A DNA stretch of 63,874 bases, the filler included. It is 5 parts of 5 records of this genome, joined end to end, with 100 filler letters (N's around TTAATTAATTAA, not from the genome) between each part and the next. Parts side by side here need not be neighbours in the genome. Positions count along the whole stretch, not along the records: positions 30,010 to 42,263 come from SRR31156797_14699; 4 more parts are not named here. The stretch is one strand, 5' to 3'. This document shows, piece by piece, positions 32,270-42,363 of this stretch. Numbering within the stretch: position 1 is the first letter of the stretch; the number at the start of each line of letters is the position of its first letter. A program made the position numbers and the translations under genes. Under the pieces are notes generated by a model. That model had not been told where the DNA came from and searched no databases. It saw only the letters and a program-made list of their open reading frames with translations.

Positions 32270-32464
32270 ATGAAAAACCCTGAAGTTGATTTAAGCGATT
32301 GCAGCATGTGCGGCATCTGCGTTGATTTATGCCCCATGGTATTTCAAATGAATGAAGCCGGATATATCGAAACGGTTCATTCGGATGACTATCCTGAAAA
32401 GGATATTGATGAGGCCATAAAAAACTGCCGGGGTGACTGTATTTCATGGAAGGAATCAGGATGA
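32270..32464 (+). CDS. Single-cluster [4Fe-4S] ferredoxin
   Basis: CSMCGICVDLCP plus distal NCRGDC; start at ATG 32270 after GGAG. Confidence 0.88.
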   Translation: MKNPEVDLSDCSMCGICVDLCPMVFQMNEAGYIETVHSDDYPEKDIDEAIKNCRGDCISWKESG

Positions 32465-32889
32465 TTATCTTTAACGGAAAGTATACCTGGGATGGCAAAA
32501 AGGATGGGGACCACAAGCCGGTAAGCTGGTGGCCCGGATCCCAACATCTCACCATTGTCGATTTTTCCCATGAAAAGACCGGTGTGGTGATGCTCAAGCC
32601 GTTCATGGTCCTGGCCGCGGATACGAAAGAAGGCTATTCCATTCATAAACGGTATCAGGATTTGATCATAGGTGTTTGCAGGGAATTTAATCTTGAGGTT
32701 CAAAAGGTACTTTGGGTGCGTTATAACCGGGATGACGTAAATGAGATGAAGGTTGCGGTTCTCAAATTGATAACCGGAAAGGGTCCTTATGAAGTATTTG
32801 ATCTCAAATGGCGAAGGGTGATGGCCAATGAACGAAGGCTGGTCCATTCCATTTTGCCGCTGTCTTTAAGTCAGGAAACGGGAGGTTGA
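32461..32889 (+). CDS. Hypothetical protein
   Basis: ATGA overlap with ferredoxin stop; abuts the gltA RBS; no recognisable motif. Confidence 0.65.
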   Translation: MIIFNGKYTWDGKKDGDHKPVSWWPGSQHLTIVDFSHEKTGVVMLKPFMVLAADTKEGYSIHKRYQDLIIGVCREFNLEVQKVLWVRYNRDDVNEMKVAVLKLITGKGPYEVFDLKWRRVMANERRLVHSILPLSLSQETGG

Positions 32890-32890
32890 A

Positions 32891-34075
32891 ATGTCACAGG
32901 CAGTGCACGTGAAAAATGTCGGTCTTCGGGGGGTAACCGTTGCCGACACCAAGATCAGTTTTATCGATGGTGATAAGGGCATTTTGCTGTACCGGGGATA
33001 TGGAATTGAGCAGTTGGCTGAGGCCTCTACCTTTATGGAGGTGGCTTACCTGATCCTCTACGGTGTTCTGCCGGACAAAAAGAGGCTTGAGGATTTTGAA
33101 AATCGGGTCATGGGAGTCAGGTATCTTCCGGATTATGTGGTTGACAATTTGAGGAATTTACCTCGAAACGCTGCGCCCATGGATGTGCTTCAGTCTTCCA
33201 TTGCCGCCCTTTCCATTTCCGACCCCGATTTGAATGAAGATTCAAGGTCGGCCAATGTGAACATGGCCGTTCGACTGTTGGCCCGCATGCCGGTACTGGT
33301 GGCGGCCTGGCACCGGATCAGTCAGGGGCTTGATCCTTTGCCGTCCGATGATGCACTGTCCCATGCCGCCAATTTTTTGTGGCAATTCCATGGTGAAAAG
33401 CCCGATGGGGAAATGGCCCGGGATCTGGATACGTGCCTGGTGCTTCATGCGGACCATACCTTTAACGCGTCCACTTTTGCATGCCGGGAGGTGGTTTCCA
33501 CCCGGGCCCACATGTATGCGGGGGTTTGCGCCGGAATCGGTGCCCTTTCAGGTAGCCTTCACGGCGGTGCCAATGCCCGGGTTATGAGAATGCTGCTGGA
33601 TCTGGAATTGGAAAAGGACATTCCGGGATGGGTGGAAAGGGAGTTGGAGGGCGGTGGTAAGATCATGGGAATGGGCCATGCGGTTTATAAGACCATGGAC
33701 CCAAGGGCCAAATTCCTGAAAAACATGGCTGAGCGTCTCGGCCAAAAAACCGGACAGGAAAGGTGGCACGAGCTTTCAACCCAGATTGAAGAACACGGTA
33801 TCCAAGCCTTTCGAGATCGGGGTAAAACGGATATTTTGCCCAATGTGGATTTTTACAGTGCGCCGGTTTATCATATTATGGGGATTCCCTTTGATTTTAT
33901 GACCCCCATTTTTGCCATCTCAAGGGTTTCAGGCTGGTGCGCCCATATTATTGAAGAAAAATTTGCAGATGCTCAGGAAAAGCCGGCCCTTTACAGACCC
34001 AAAGCGGAGTATGTGGGAGAATACTGTGGGTTGACCGGTTGCGAATACGAACCCATTGAGGAACGGAAAGTCTAA
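32891..34075 (+). CDS. gltA: Citrate synthase / 2-methylcitrate synthase family
   Basis: HADHTFNAST, LHGGAN, MGMGHAVYK..DPR, PNVDFYSA; GGAGG RBS. Confidence 0.9.
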   Translation: MSQAVHVKNVGLRGVTVADTKISFIDGDKGILLYRGYGIEQLAEASTFMEVAYLILYGVLPDKKRLEDFENRVMGVRYLPDYVVDNLRNLPRNAAPMDVLQSSIAALSISDPDLNEDSRSANVNMAVRLLARMPVLVAAWHRISQGLDPLPSDDALSHAANFLWQFHGEKPDGEMARDLDTCLVLHADHTFNASTFACREVVSTRAHMYAGVCAGIGALSGSLHGGANARVMRMLLDLELEKDIPGWVERELEGGGKIMGMGHAVYKTMDPRAKFLKNMAERLGQKTGQERWHELSTQIEEHGIQAFRDRGKTDILPNVDFYSAPVYHIMGIPFDFMTPIFAISRVSGWCAHIIEEKFADAQEKPALYRPKAEYVGEYCGLTGCEYEPIEERKV

Positions 34076-34122
34076 GGGGCAAACGGCAACCAAAAAAACA
34101 TACCGGATACTAGATAAGGAGA

Positions 34123-34425
34123 ATGAAATTGGCTGAGCAGAAAGAATCCCCCTTTGTATGTCATGTTTTCGTCTGTACCAATGACCGACACGGAAAAAAG
34201 AAATCCTGTGCGGACGGCAACAGTCCCGCTGTTCGAAAGGCCCTGAAAGAAGCGGTTGCGGACAGGGGTTGGAAGGGCAAGGTGCGGGTCTCTCAATCGG
34301 GATGCCTGGGCCTTTGCGCCAAAGGGCCCAATGTGATCATTTACCCTCAGAAAATCTGGTTTTCGCATGTCTCAACCGATGATTCGGATCAAATCATTTC
34401 CAAAATTGAATCTTTCATTGATTAG
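34123..34425 (+). CDS. Thioredoxin-like [2Fe-2S] ferredoxin
   Basis: HVFVCTN...SCA...SGCLGLCAKGPNV..YP. Confidence 0.9.
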   Translation: MKLAEQKESPFVCHVFVCTNDRHGKKKSCADGNSPAVRKALKEAVADRGWKGKVRVSQSGCLGLCAKGPNVIIYPQKIWFSHVSTDDSDQIISKIESFID

Positions 34426-34455
34426 GCCGCCGGAAACCTGATGGAGATCATCAAA

Positions 34456-35364
34456 ATGAAATTAGCCATGATCGGTCTGGGCCGTATGGGAATGAATATG
34501 GCCAGGCGACTTCTGCTGGGGGGCCACGGGGTGGTGGCGTATAACCGCACAACGGAAAAGACGGAACAACTGGTGAAGGATGGCGCCACGGGCGCTTATT
34601 CCCTGACCCAGGTGGTGAAGGCCCTTTCCCCGCCCCGTATCGTCTGGATCATGTTGCCCGCGGGTTCTCTGGTGGATGCGTACCTGGAACGGTTTCGCGA
34701 ACAATTGTCCCCCGGCGATATAATCATTGACGGTGGCAACACCTATTATAAGGATGACCTTCGACGGTCACAATTTTTGGCGGAGAGAAACATCCGGTTT
34801 GTTGATGCGGGTGTCAGTGGCGGTGTTTGGGGGCTGAAAAACGGCTACTGCCTGATGCTGGGCGGAGATGCTGCGACCTGTGGTTTTCTGGAGCCCATAT
34901 TCAAATCCCTGGCTCCCGAGAACGGATACCTTCACTGTGGGGATACGGGTTCCGGCCATTTTGTGAAAATGGTTCATAATGGTATTGAGTACGGCATGAT
35001 GCAGGCCTATGGCGAAGGTTTTGATATCCTGAACGCCTCCCCATATGCGGATGAACTGAATTTTGAAGGGATTGCCCATCTCTGGAACCGGGGGAGCGTG
35101 ATCCGCTCCTGGTTGCTGGAACTGCTGGCGTCGGCTTTTGCCAGGGATCCGCGCCTCACGGATATCAAGGGTGTGGTGGCCGATTCCGGTGAAGGGCGCT
35201 GGACCCTGCAACAGGCCGTAGAATCCGGCGTTTCCGCGCCGGTGATCGCTCTGTCTCTCATGGCCCGTTTTCGTTCCCGGACCCAGGACGGCTTTTCGGA
35301 CAGGGTTCTTGCGGCCCTCAGGCGTGAATTCGGAGGTCATGCCGTTGAAAAATCAAATCCGTGA
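34456..35364 (+). CDS. gnd: 6-phosphogluconate dehydrogenase (decarboxylating, short type)
   Basis: [39 protein letters not shown]. Confidence 0.95.
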   Translation: MKLAMIGLGRMGMNMARRLLLGGHGVVAYNRTTEKTEQLVKDGATGAYSLTQVVKALSPPRIVWIMLPAGSLVDAYLERFREQLSPGDIIIDGGNTYYKDDLRRSQFLAERNIRFVDAGVSGGVWGLKNGYCLMLGGDAATCGFLEPIFKSLAPENGYLHCGDTGSGHFVKMVHNGIEYGMMQAYGEGFDILNASPYADELNFEGIAHLWNRGSVIRSWLLELLASAFARDPRLTDIKGVVADSGEGRWTLQQAVESGVSAPVIALSLMARFRSRTQDGFSDRVLAALRREFGGHAVEKSNP

Positions 35365-35390
35365 TCAGCCCCCATGGAGGCGTTCTGAAG

Positions 35391-36959
35391 ATGTCGTCGG
35401 AATCTGACCGCGCAGACCATACGGAACCGGGGGGGGTGACATCCACCACCACGCATTCGGGAGGTGAATCGTGCCTTCTGGATGGAACGCCGCTCCCGTG
35501 CATGGTGGTCATTGTGGGGGCTTCGGGGGATCTCACGGCCCGGAAAATTATTCCGGCTTTGTACAATCTCCAATGTCATGATGGTTTGCCCACACCCTTT
35601 TTTGCCGTGGGATGCGCCCGGACCGATTGGACCACGGAGATCTTCCGGGACAGGATGAAGGAGGCTTTAAAGCGTGCGGGTCTTTTTGAACCAAAACGAT
35701 GGGAGGGATTTGCGTCACTTTTATATTACCACCCCATCCAATATGATGACCCGGCTTCTTTTGAATCGTTGGCGGTGCACCTTTCGGAGCTGGACCGGGA
35801 ATTGGGCACCGGCGGGAATAAATTATTTTACCTGGCCATCCCCCCATCCCTCTACCCATCCACGGCAAGGATGCTGGGGCGATCCGGCCTTTCCGCCGAG
35901 GGCGGCGAAGATGGGAACTGGTCCAGGATCGTGGTTGAAAAGCCGTTCGGCCGGGATTTGAAGACAGCCATTGAACTGGATCGCACCCTGCACCGGTATT
36001 TCGAGGAAAAACAGATTTTCAGGATCGACCACTATCTGGCCAAGGAAACGGTACAGAATATTCTGATGTTCCGGTTTGCAAACGCCATCTTTGAGCCCCT
36101 CTGGAATCGACGATATATCGAATCGGTCCATATCATGGCGGCGGAAACCCTCGGTGTGGAACATCGATCCGGATATTATGAACAGGCCGGCGTGTTGCGG
36201 GATATGTTCCAGAACCACATGATGCAGCTACTGTCGCTGACCGCCATGGACCCGCCGTCGGTTTTTGAAGCGGATCGGGTGCGCGACGAAAAGGTCAGGG
36301 TCTACCGGACCTTACGCCCTTTTGAAACGGACAACCTTTGGGACAACCTGGTTCTGGGTCAATATGATGCGGGAACAATAGACGGGAAAAAAGTACCGGC
36401 CTACCGGCAGGAGGAGGGCGTCGATTTTGATTCCCTGATCCCTACCTTTGCCAGTATGAAAGTCTTCCTGGACAGCTGGCGATGGCAGGGGGTCCCCTTT
36501 TTTCTCACCTCGGGGAAACGACTGGCCCGGAAGCTGACCGAGATCACCATCCATTTCAAGGAGGTGCCCCATTCCCTGTTTCGCAGCACCCTTGGGGAAC
36601 ATATCACGGCCAACCGGTTGATCCTGGGGATTTATCCCGATGAACGCATTACCCTGACCTTCCAGACCAAGAATCCCGGTGCCCGCGTTTGCCTCAGGTC
36701 CGTCACCATGGATTTCCAATATCATCAGAACTATACGGGCCCGGTGCTGGACGCTTATGAAAAAGTCCTTCTGGATTGTATGCTGGGGGACCAGATGCTT
36801 TTCTGGCGGCAGGATGGACTTGAACGCTGCTGGTCTTTCCTGACCCCCATTCTGGAGGAGTGTGAAACCTGCGGGGGCCGATCCAATATGCTGCTCCCGT
36901 ACGGGGCCGGTTCCTGGGGACCGGATGCGGTCAAACAACTTCGGAACCCGTTATCCTGA
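35391..36959 (+). CDS. zwf: Glucose-6-phosphate 1-dehydrogenase
   Basis: [34 protein letters not shown]; start is ATG 35391 or GTG 35361. Confidence 0.96.
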   Translation: MSSESDRADHTEPGGVTSTTTHSGGESCLLDGTPLPCMVVIVGASGDLTARKIIPALYNLQCHDGLPTPFFAVGCARTDWTTEIFRDRMKEALKRAGLFEPKRWEGFASLLYYHPIQYDDPASFESLAVHLSELDRELGTGGNKLFYLAIPPSLYPSTARMLGRSGLSAEGGEDGNWSRIVVEKPFGRDLKTAIELDRTLHRYFEEKQIFRIDHYLAKETVQNILMFRFANAIFEPLWNRRYIESVHIMAAETLGVEHRSGYYEQAGVLRDMFQNHMMQLLSLTAMDPPSVFEADRVRDEKVRVYRTLRPFETDNLWDNLVLGQYDAGTIDGKKVPAYRQEEGVDFDSLIPTFASMKVFLDSWRWQGVPFFLTSGKRLARKLTEITIHFKEVPHSLFRSTLGEHITANRLILGIYPDERITLTFQTKNPGARVCLRSVTMDFQYHQNYTGPVLDAYEKVLLDCMLGDQMLFWRQDGLERCWSFLTPILEECETCGGRSNMLLPYGAGSWGPDAVKQLRNPLS

Positions 36960-36969
36960 AACTCAGGGC

Positions 36970-37341
36970 TCACTCAATTCCGATCTTTCTTTCGATTTTC
37001 TTAAGGGCCGCGTCAAGGGCATCCGTATCCAGGGGTTTGTTGAAAAATTCCGCTGCTTCAAGGTCAAAGGCCTTTTTTTTCAGCTCTTTATCCCCGTGCC
37101 CGGTGACGACCATCACCTCCGTTTCGGGGCGTATGGATTTAATCATTTTCAGGATGGAAAAAACATCCCTGCCCGGCATTTTGATGTCGGTCAAAACGAT
37201 GGGCGGGAGTTCCTTTTCAAAGATTTCCAGGCCCGAGTCTGCATTTTCAGCGGTTAAGACCTCGTAGCCGCAGGCCCCCAAAAAAAATTTCATCATTTGC
37301 AGCGTGGTTGTTTCGTCATCAATGATCAGAATTTTTTTCAT
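36970..37341 (-). CDS. Single-domain response regulator (REC only)
   Basis: IIDDE, phosphoacceptor LTDIKMPG, VTGHG, KP. Confidence 0.92.
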   Translation of the reverse strand: MKKILIIDDETTTLQMMKFFLGACGYEVLTAENADSGLEIFEKELPPIVLTDIKMPGRDVFSILKMIKSIRPETEVMVVTGHGDKELKKKAFDLEAAEFFNKPLDTDALDAALKKIERKIGIE

Positions 37342-37407
37342 TTTTGGTAATTCTCCCCGGACAAATGGGATTCAAAAGGTTTTGAAAACGTTAAAACCGG
37401 CGTTTCG

Positions 37408-39504
37408 TCATCCGGTTTTTATGCCGGATGGAAAACGGAGGTGAAACCGGGTTCCCTCCCCCGGCTTGCTTTCCACATGGATGGTTCCCTCAAAATCCCT
37501 GATGATACCGTAGGTGATGGAGAGTCCCAATCCCATGCCTTTCCCCACTTCCTTGGTTGTGTAAAACGGTTCAAATATCTTTTGTACGTTCTCTTTCGGT
37601 ATCCCGATGCCCGTATCCGATATGGTGATGTTCAGATGGGTTCGTTGTTCGGACCAGGTCGATATGGCAATGATTTTTTCCCCGGAGCCTTCAGGAAAAT
37701 GTGTCTGATGTTCGATGGCATCGCGGGCATTGGTGACCAGATTGAAAATGACCTGTTCCAGCCGGTTCTTATTGGCCAGAATCGGTGGAGCGTTTTCGTC
37801 AAGGTCGTAGACCACCCGGATGTTCTGAAGGCTCAGTTGTTGGCCGATAATCTTCATGACATCCCTGATGGTTGCGTTGGTGTCAATCTTCTCTTTGCGG
37901 AAATCCGGTTTCCTGCCGAATTCCCTGAGGCTCTGTATGATTTCCGAAGCCCTGTTCACCTGCATGGACACGGCGCTGACAACCTGGTGCAATTCATTGG
38001 AGAGTATGGGTCGACTCTGTTCGATCTGCTTTTTCAAAAAATCATTGCCGATCTTTATGGCGTTGAGCGGCTGATTGAGTTCATGGGCAATCCCGGCCGA
38101 CATCTCCCCCAACGTCGTCATTTTACTGGCTTGAAAGAGCTGGGCGTCTTTTTCGATGATTTCGGTGATGTCCGATGCGGCCAGAATAATGGCGGGTCGT
38201 CCCTGATAACTTGTGGGGCAGGCCTTGACCTCCACATAAAAGGGCTCCCCCCCCTTGCGGAAGTGCTTGATCCGCTGGCTGAAGACGCAACTGTCGGACC
38301 AGCTGCTGCTTTCCATGAGTGAAAGAAATTCATCTTCATTTTCAAAGGTGCCCAGATCCTCAAAGTTCCGTCCCACCAGTTCATCTTTGTAGTAGCCATA
38401 GGTCTCTTCGGCACTAGGACTTGCATCAAGGATGGTCAGGGTTTCGCGATCCAGGACGAAAATGGGGTTCGGGCCGCTGATGAAAAGAGAACGGTATTTC
38501 TGTTCCGATTCATGAAGGGCATTTTCAGCCCGTTTCCGCTCGGTGACATCCAGAAAAGACCCGGTTACAAAGTCGATTTTTCCATCCTCGTCACACACGA
38601 TTTTGCTGCATGCTTCAATCCATATGATTTCTCCGTCTTTTCTTCGGATACGATATTCTCGAATATAGGACTTGTCGGTTTTCAGGGCATCGATGAATTT
38701 CTGCCGTGCATGAGTGCGATCTTCTTCCAGGATGAGATCAAACCATATGATCTGCCGTGAATTAAAAAGCTCTTTTTGATAGCCGGTCATGGCTTCAATT
38801 TTATTATCGTAAAAATCCAGAGATCCATCGGCGTATCCGCGAAAAACGATATTGGGAATATTATCGATGAGAAATCTGTAGTTGGCTTCGCTTTCCGCCA
38901 GCGCCTTTTCGGACCGTTTCTTCTCGGTGACATCCATGGCGATACACAGAAAACCGTAAATGATCCCTTCAGGATCCCGAAGTGCGCTGATGGAAAGGAC
39001 CGCGGGAAAACAGGTCCCATCCTTCCGAACGTATGTCCACTCCTGTTGTTCCTTTCTTCCCTGTCTGGCGTATGCCAAAAGCACTTCATGCCTTTTAACG
39101 TCATGACCGGTATCTGCCCGGATGGTTTCCCGATGCTGCTCCAGTTCACTCTCCAGCAGAAATATCTCGGATGTGGCTTTTTCAATCACTTCCTCGGCCC
39201 GGTATTGCAGAAGATTTTCAGCCCCCGTATTGAAAACCGAAATGGTCCCGTTCAGGTTGGTGGCGATGATGGCGATCCGGGTGGCCGAGTCCAGGACCGC
39301 TTTTCGTTGGGCATTGGCGTTTTGAAGTTTCTGCAGGACCCGTTCCGTCTCCTCAAACTGTTTGACCACCAGGCTTGCCGTGATCTCGGCCGCTTCTCTG
39401 GCCACACGAATTTCATTTCGAAAGATGGCATTTTCTTTCAAAAGTGCCTGAATGAGGGCCGGGGAATTATTTCCGGGCGGCTTTGGCAGAGGACGCGCTG
39501 GCAT
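37408..39504 (-). CDS. Cytoplasmic PAS x3 sensor histidine kinase (NtrB/HupT-like H-box)
   Basis: N-terminal coiled coil, three PAS/PAC domains, AHELNQPLNAI, NLVTNARDA, GKGMGLGL; no TM helix. Confidence 0.92.
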   Translation of the reverse strand: MPARPLPKPPGNNSPALIQALLKENAIFRNEIRVAREAAEITASLVVKQFEETERVLQKLQNANAQRKAVLDSATRIAIIATNLNGTISVFNTGAENLLQYRAEEVIEKATSEIFLLESELEQHRETIRADTGHDVKRHEVLLAYARQGRKEQQEWTYVRKDGTCFPAVLSISALRDPEGIIYGFLCIAMDVTEKKRSEKALAESEANYRFLIDNIPNIVFRGYADGSLDFYDNKIEAMTGYQKELFNSRQIIWFDLILEEDRTHARQKFIDALKTDKSYIREYRIRRKDGEIIWIEACSKIVCDEDGKIDFVTGSFLDVTERKRAENALHESEQKYRSLFISGPNPIFVLDRETLTILDASPSAEETYGYYKDELVGRNFEDLGTFENEDEFLSLMESSSWSDSCVFSQRIKHFRKGGEPFYVEVKACPTSYQGRPAIILAASDITEIIEKDAQLFQASKMTTLGEMSAGIAHELNQPLNAIKIGNDFLKKQIEQSRPILSNELHQVVSAVSMQVNRASEIIQSLREFGRKPDFRKEKIDTNATIRDVMKIIGQQLSLQNIRVVYDLDENAPPILANKNRLEQVIFNLVTNARDAIEHQTHFPEGSGEKIIAISTWSEQRTHLNITISDTGIGIPKENVQKIFEPFYTTKEVGKGMGLGLSITYGIIRDFEGTIHVESKPGEGTRFHLRFPSGIKTG

Positions 39505-39515
39505 ATCCTATCCCT

Positions 39516-41057
39516 TTAACAAAAAATCTTTGTGGCCGGCTGTTTGCCATTTCCAATGATGGCATGGACACAACATACCATGCAGGGATCGAAAGAACGG
39601 ATCGTATGTTCGATCTCAACGGGATGCTCCGGGTTTTTGATCACGGTCCCCGCAAGGGCTTCCTCCCAGGGGCCTCTGATGCCGTTTTTATCCCGTGGAG
39701 ACGCATTCCAGGCCGTTGGCGTGATGACCTGGTATTGGGCGATTTTTCCATCTTCAAGGGTCACCCAGTGACCGAGAGCGCCTCGGTGGGCCTGGATCAG
39801 ACCGAAGCCCCGCCCGTTTTCCGGTTGTTCGTTTTTCCGGTAGAAGATCTCATTTCCCACGCCGGTTTCCCTGAGCCAGCAATCCATGACCGGAAACAGG
39901 GCGGTGGGTCTGATCAAACGGGCCAACTGCCGCAGAAACACGTTGGGACCCTCTTTGTTTAACAGCCCCGTGATAAGGGGATTGGCGGCCGCCACAAGCT
40001 CCGCAAGGGGACCGGTTTCGGCGGGAAGCCCTTCATATCTGGGGGCTTTTCCCCAGGAATAGGCTTGGGAATTGGGATGGGGCGGTTCCATGTCCGTGGT
40101 TTCTTCAAAGGGATGCCGGGGATCTCCATGGGATTTGAAATGGGAAAAGGTGACGTCTTCCCTGATCTTTTCCTGATCAAAGGGGCGTATTTGACCGTTT
40201 AGAAGAAAGCCCCGGGGAAAAAGATACAACCCGGCGGAAGGGTCCTTTAAGTCTGTGCCCATGGGCATCTCATAGGCACCGAAGCTGATGAAATTCTGAT
40301 GGCCGACCCCCACCTGGTGAAGTCTCGCCTCCCTTGAAAAACGGATAAAGAACCCCAGTTCACCCTCCTGATGTTCCCGCTTTTCATGGAGCCACAACTC
40401 AAGGTCCTCGGGGGTTTTGACATCCGACCAGCGCGCCAGGGTGCATCCCAGAACCCGGCGTTCATACCAGTGACGAAAATTGGCCAGCAGGCTGCGGCAT
40501 TGACTGATGTCGTTCTGTCCGGGAACCGAGACCACTCCCCCCGGCACCATGAAGGAGGAATGGGGCCATTGTCCTCCTAGTATGGCAATGATTTCGAGTA
40601 TTTTCTTGGTTTCCCGAATCGTTTGAACAACCGTCTGGCCCTTCAAGGGCCGGTAGCGCCTGGCCGCTTCCTCAAAAAGTGAATGCGAAACGTAAGCCGG
40701 GCTGGCAAAGTCGGGTGTAAAAAGCAGAAATGTGTGCCGCAAATCGTTTTGAAGCTGTTCGGCCATCAATGTGAGATTTCTCACCCGCAGGGCGTCGTCG
40801 GGTACACGGACTTGGGCAATCATATCCAGGGCCTTGACCGCGGCTTTCAAGTGGGCCGTACTACAGATGCCGCATATCCTGGGCGTAATCACCAGGCCGT
40901 CCAGGGGGGCTCTTCCCCTAAGCAGATTTTCAAAACCCCGGTACATGGTGCCGGCGCTTCTGGCATCCACAACCACTTCGTTGTCCATTTCAAGATGGAT
41001 TTCAAGATCACCTTCCGACCGGTTCAATGGAATTACTCGAATTTGTTTTGAACTCAT
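39516..41057 (-). CDS. [NiFe]-hydrogenase large subunit, sensory group 2 type (HupV/HoxC-like)
   Basis: L1 PRICGICSTAH, L2 RSFDPCMVCCVH, YSWGKAPRY, HRGALGHW. Confidence 0.92.
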   Translation of the reverse strand: MSSKQIRVIPLNRSEGDLEIHLEMDNEVVVDARSAGTMYRGFENLLRGRAPLDGLVITPRICGICSTAHLKAAVKALDMIAQVRVPDDALRVRNLTLMAEQLQNDLRHTFLLFTPDFASPAYVSHSLFEEAARRYRPLKGQTVVQTIRETKKILEIIAILGGQWPHSSFMVPGGVVSVPGQNDISQCRSLLANFRHWYERRVLGCTLARWSDVKTPEDLELWLHEKREHQEGELGFFIRFSREARLHQVGVGHQNFISFGAYEMPMGTDLKDPSAGLYLFPRGFLLNGQIRPFDQEKIREDVTFSHFKSHGDPRHPFEETTDMEPPHPNSQAYSWGKAPRYEGLPAETGPLAELVAAANPLITGLLNKEGPNVFLRQLARLIRPTALFPVMDCWLRETGVGNEIFYRKNEQPENGRGFGLIQAHRGALGHWVTLEDGKIAQYQVITPTAWNASPRDKNGIRGPWEEALAGTVIKNPEHPVEIEHTIRSFDPCMVCCVHAIIGNGKQPATKIFC

Positions 41058-41060
41058 GAT

Positions 41061-41999
41061 CTATATCCCGGACTTGCGTTTAATGAGCCTTTTGGGCGCG
41101 GCTGCCGCGGCCATGCCTTTATACGCCATGTAATGGGCCCGGCTGACGCCGGCCGGCAGTTCAATGGGTATCCCTTCGATGTTGCGGGTCTTGAAAAAGG
41201 GGTATTGCTGGGGAAAATCCGTATGGGTGCAGCCGAAGCAGGGGACCCCCACCCGCGTTTTGGATGAACGCCTGTTCCACAGAATCTTGTTGCAGGGACC
41301 GGTCACAAGAGGGCCCTGGCACCCCATGTAGAAGAAGAGGCACCCTTTTTCGCCAAACTGTTTTTCCTCAACCCGGTACTCATGGTATTCGTTCCGGGTA
41401 CACCCCTGATGAACCATGATGCGGTACCAGTCAAGGGGGGAATGTCTTTTGTTGAGTTCCAGGGGCATATGGTTGGTGAGGGCGGAAAGGGTTCCCGCCA
41501 GCACATCGCTGTGGCATGGACAGCCGGGAAGGTTGATCACCGGAAGACCGCTTTTGCTCTTGTACCCTTTTCCCAAAAAACCGCCAAAATCATGTTTGTG
41601 AAACTGTATGCCCGTTGCTTCCGTTTCCTGATCCGTTCCGAAACCGCCGAAACTGGCGCATGTGCCCACGGCAATGACATGGCTGGCCTTTTTAGCCAGG
41701 GCCCCGATAAGGTCTTTTTTCGGCCTGCCCAGCACGGTGTCGGCAAGACCGGTTCCCGACGGGCCTTGGATAATCGAACCTTCGACGCATAGAATGTCCA
41801 GCGGGACTTCATCCTCGAGAATACGCCGGTCCAATTGTTCTTTGGATTGGGGGTCCAGTGCAGAAAGGGAAGGGTGCCACAGCACTTGGATGGAAAGGAT
41901 ATTAAAGAGTTCAGTCAGATCGGGGGACTCCGCGCTCAAAAAAGACCACGTATCACCGCCGCAGCCTCCGCCTTGAATCCAATAGAGCGTCCTGGACAT
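41061..41999 (-). CDS. [NiFe]-hydrogenase small subunit, cytoplasmic (HupU/HoxB-like)
   Basis: No Tat signal; CGGD, GTCASFGG, NLPGCP, HQGC..CL...GC, PCN, CFGC cluster ligands. Confidence 0.9.
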   Translation of the reverse strand: MSRTLYWIQGGGCGGDTWSFLSAESPDLTELFNILSIQVLWHPSLSALDPQSKEQLDRRILEDEVPLDILCVEGSIIQGPSGTGLADTVLGRPKKDLIGALAKKASHVIAVGTCASFGGFGTDQETEATGIQFHKHDFGGFLGKGYKSKSGLPVINLPGCPCHSDVLAGTLSALTNHMPLELNKRHSPLDWYRIMVHQGCTRNEYHEYRVEEKQFGEKGCLFFYMGCQGPLVTGPCNKILWNRRSSKTRVGVPCFGCTHTDFPQQYPFFKTRNIEGIPIELPAGVSRAHYMAYKGMAAAAAPKRLIKRKSGI

Positions 42000-42156
42000 G
42001 GGCTATTTTCCTTTCCCGATGATGTTAAAAAGAAATGCGCTGCATTGCTATGGATTTCAAATGGTTCGTGTGAATCATCCAGATATATTACCCTGAAACC
42101 GTTACTGTCAAGGGTTTTGTACAAAGCTGATATGTTGGGGCCTCGGCAATTTTCTT

Positions 42157-42261
42157 TTATGTGACGGAATCAGGCTTTGTCGTGTATAAGGACCGACCGT
42201 TTCGGTGATGGCTCCCCAGCTCATTGTCCGTCGGAAACACGAAGGACTTTCCATCCTCCAC
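42157..42261 (-). pseudogene. Probable truncated fragment of an MBL-fold metallo-hydrolase
   Basis: Hand translation VEDGKSFVFPTDNELGSHHRNGRSLYTTKPDSVT*; the GKSFVFxTDNE block recalls MBL-fold hydrolases, which normally continue further. Confidence 0.4.
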
Positions 42262-42263
42262 GA

Positions 42264-42363
42264 NNNNNNNNNNNNNNNNNNNNNNNNNNNNNNNNNNNNN
42301 NNNNNNNTTAATTAATTAANNNNNNNNNNNNNNNNNNNNNNNNNNNNNNNNNNNNNNNNNNNN
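42264..42363. other. Artificial contig spacer
   Basis: N-run + TTAATTAATTAA + N-run. Confidence 0.97.

Noticed and set aside
39516-39600. Possible selenocysteine ([NiFeSe]) hydrogenase
   Set aside because: The L2 motif is encoded with Cys codons and has no in-frame TGA
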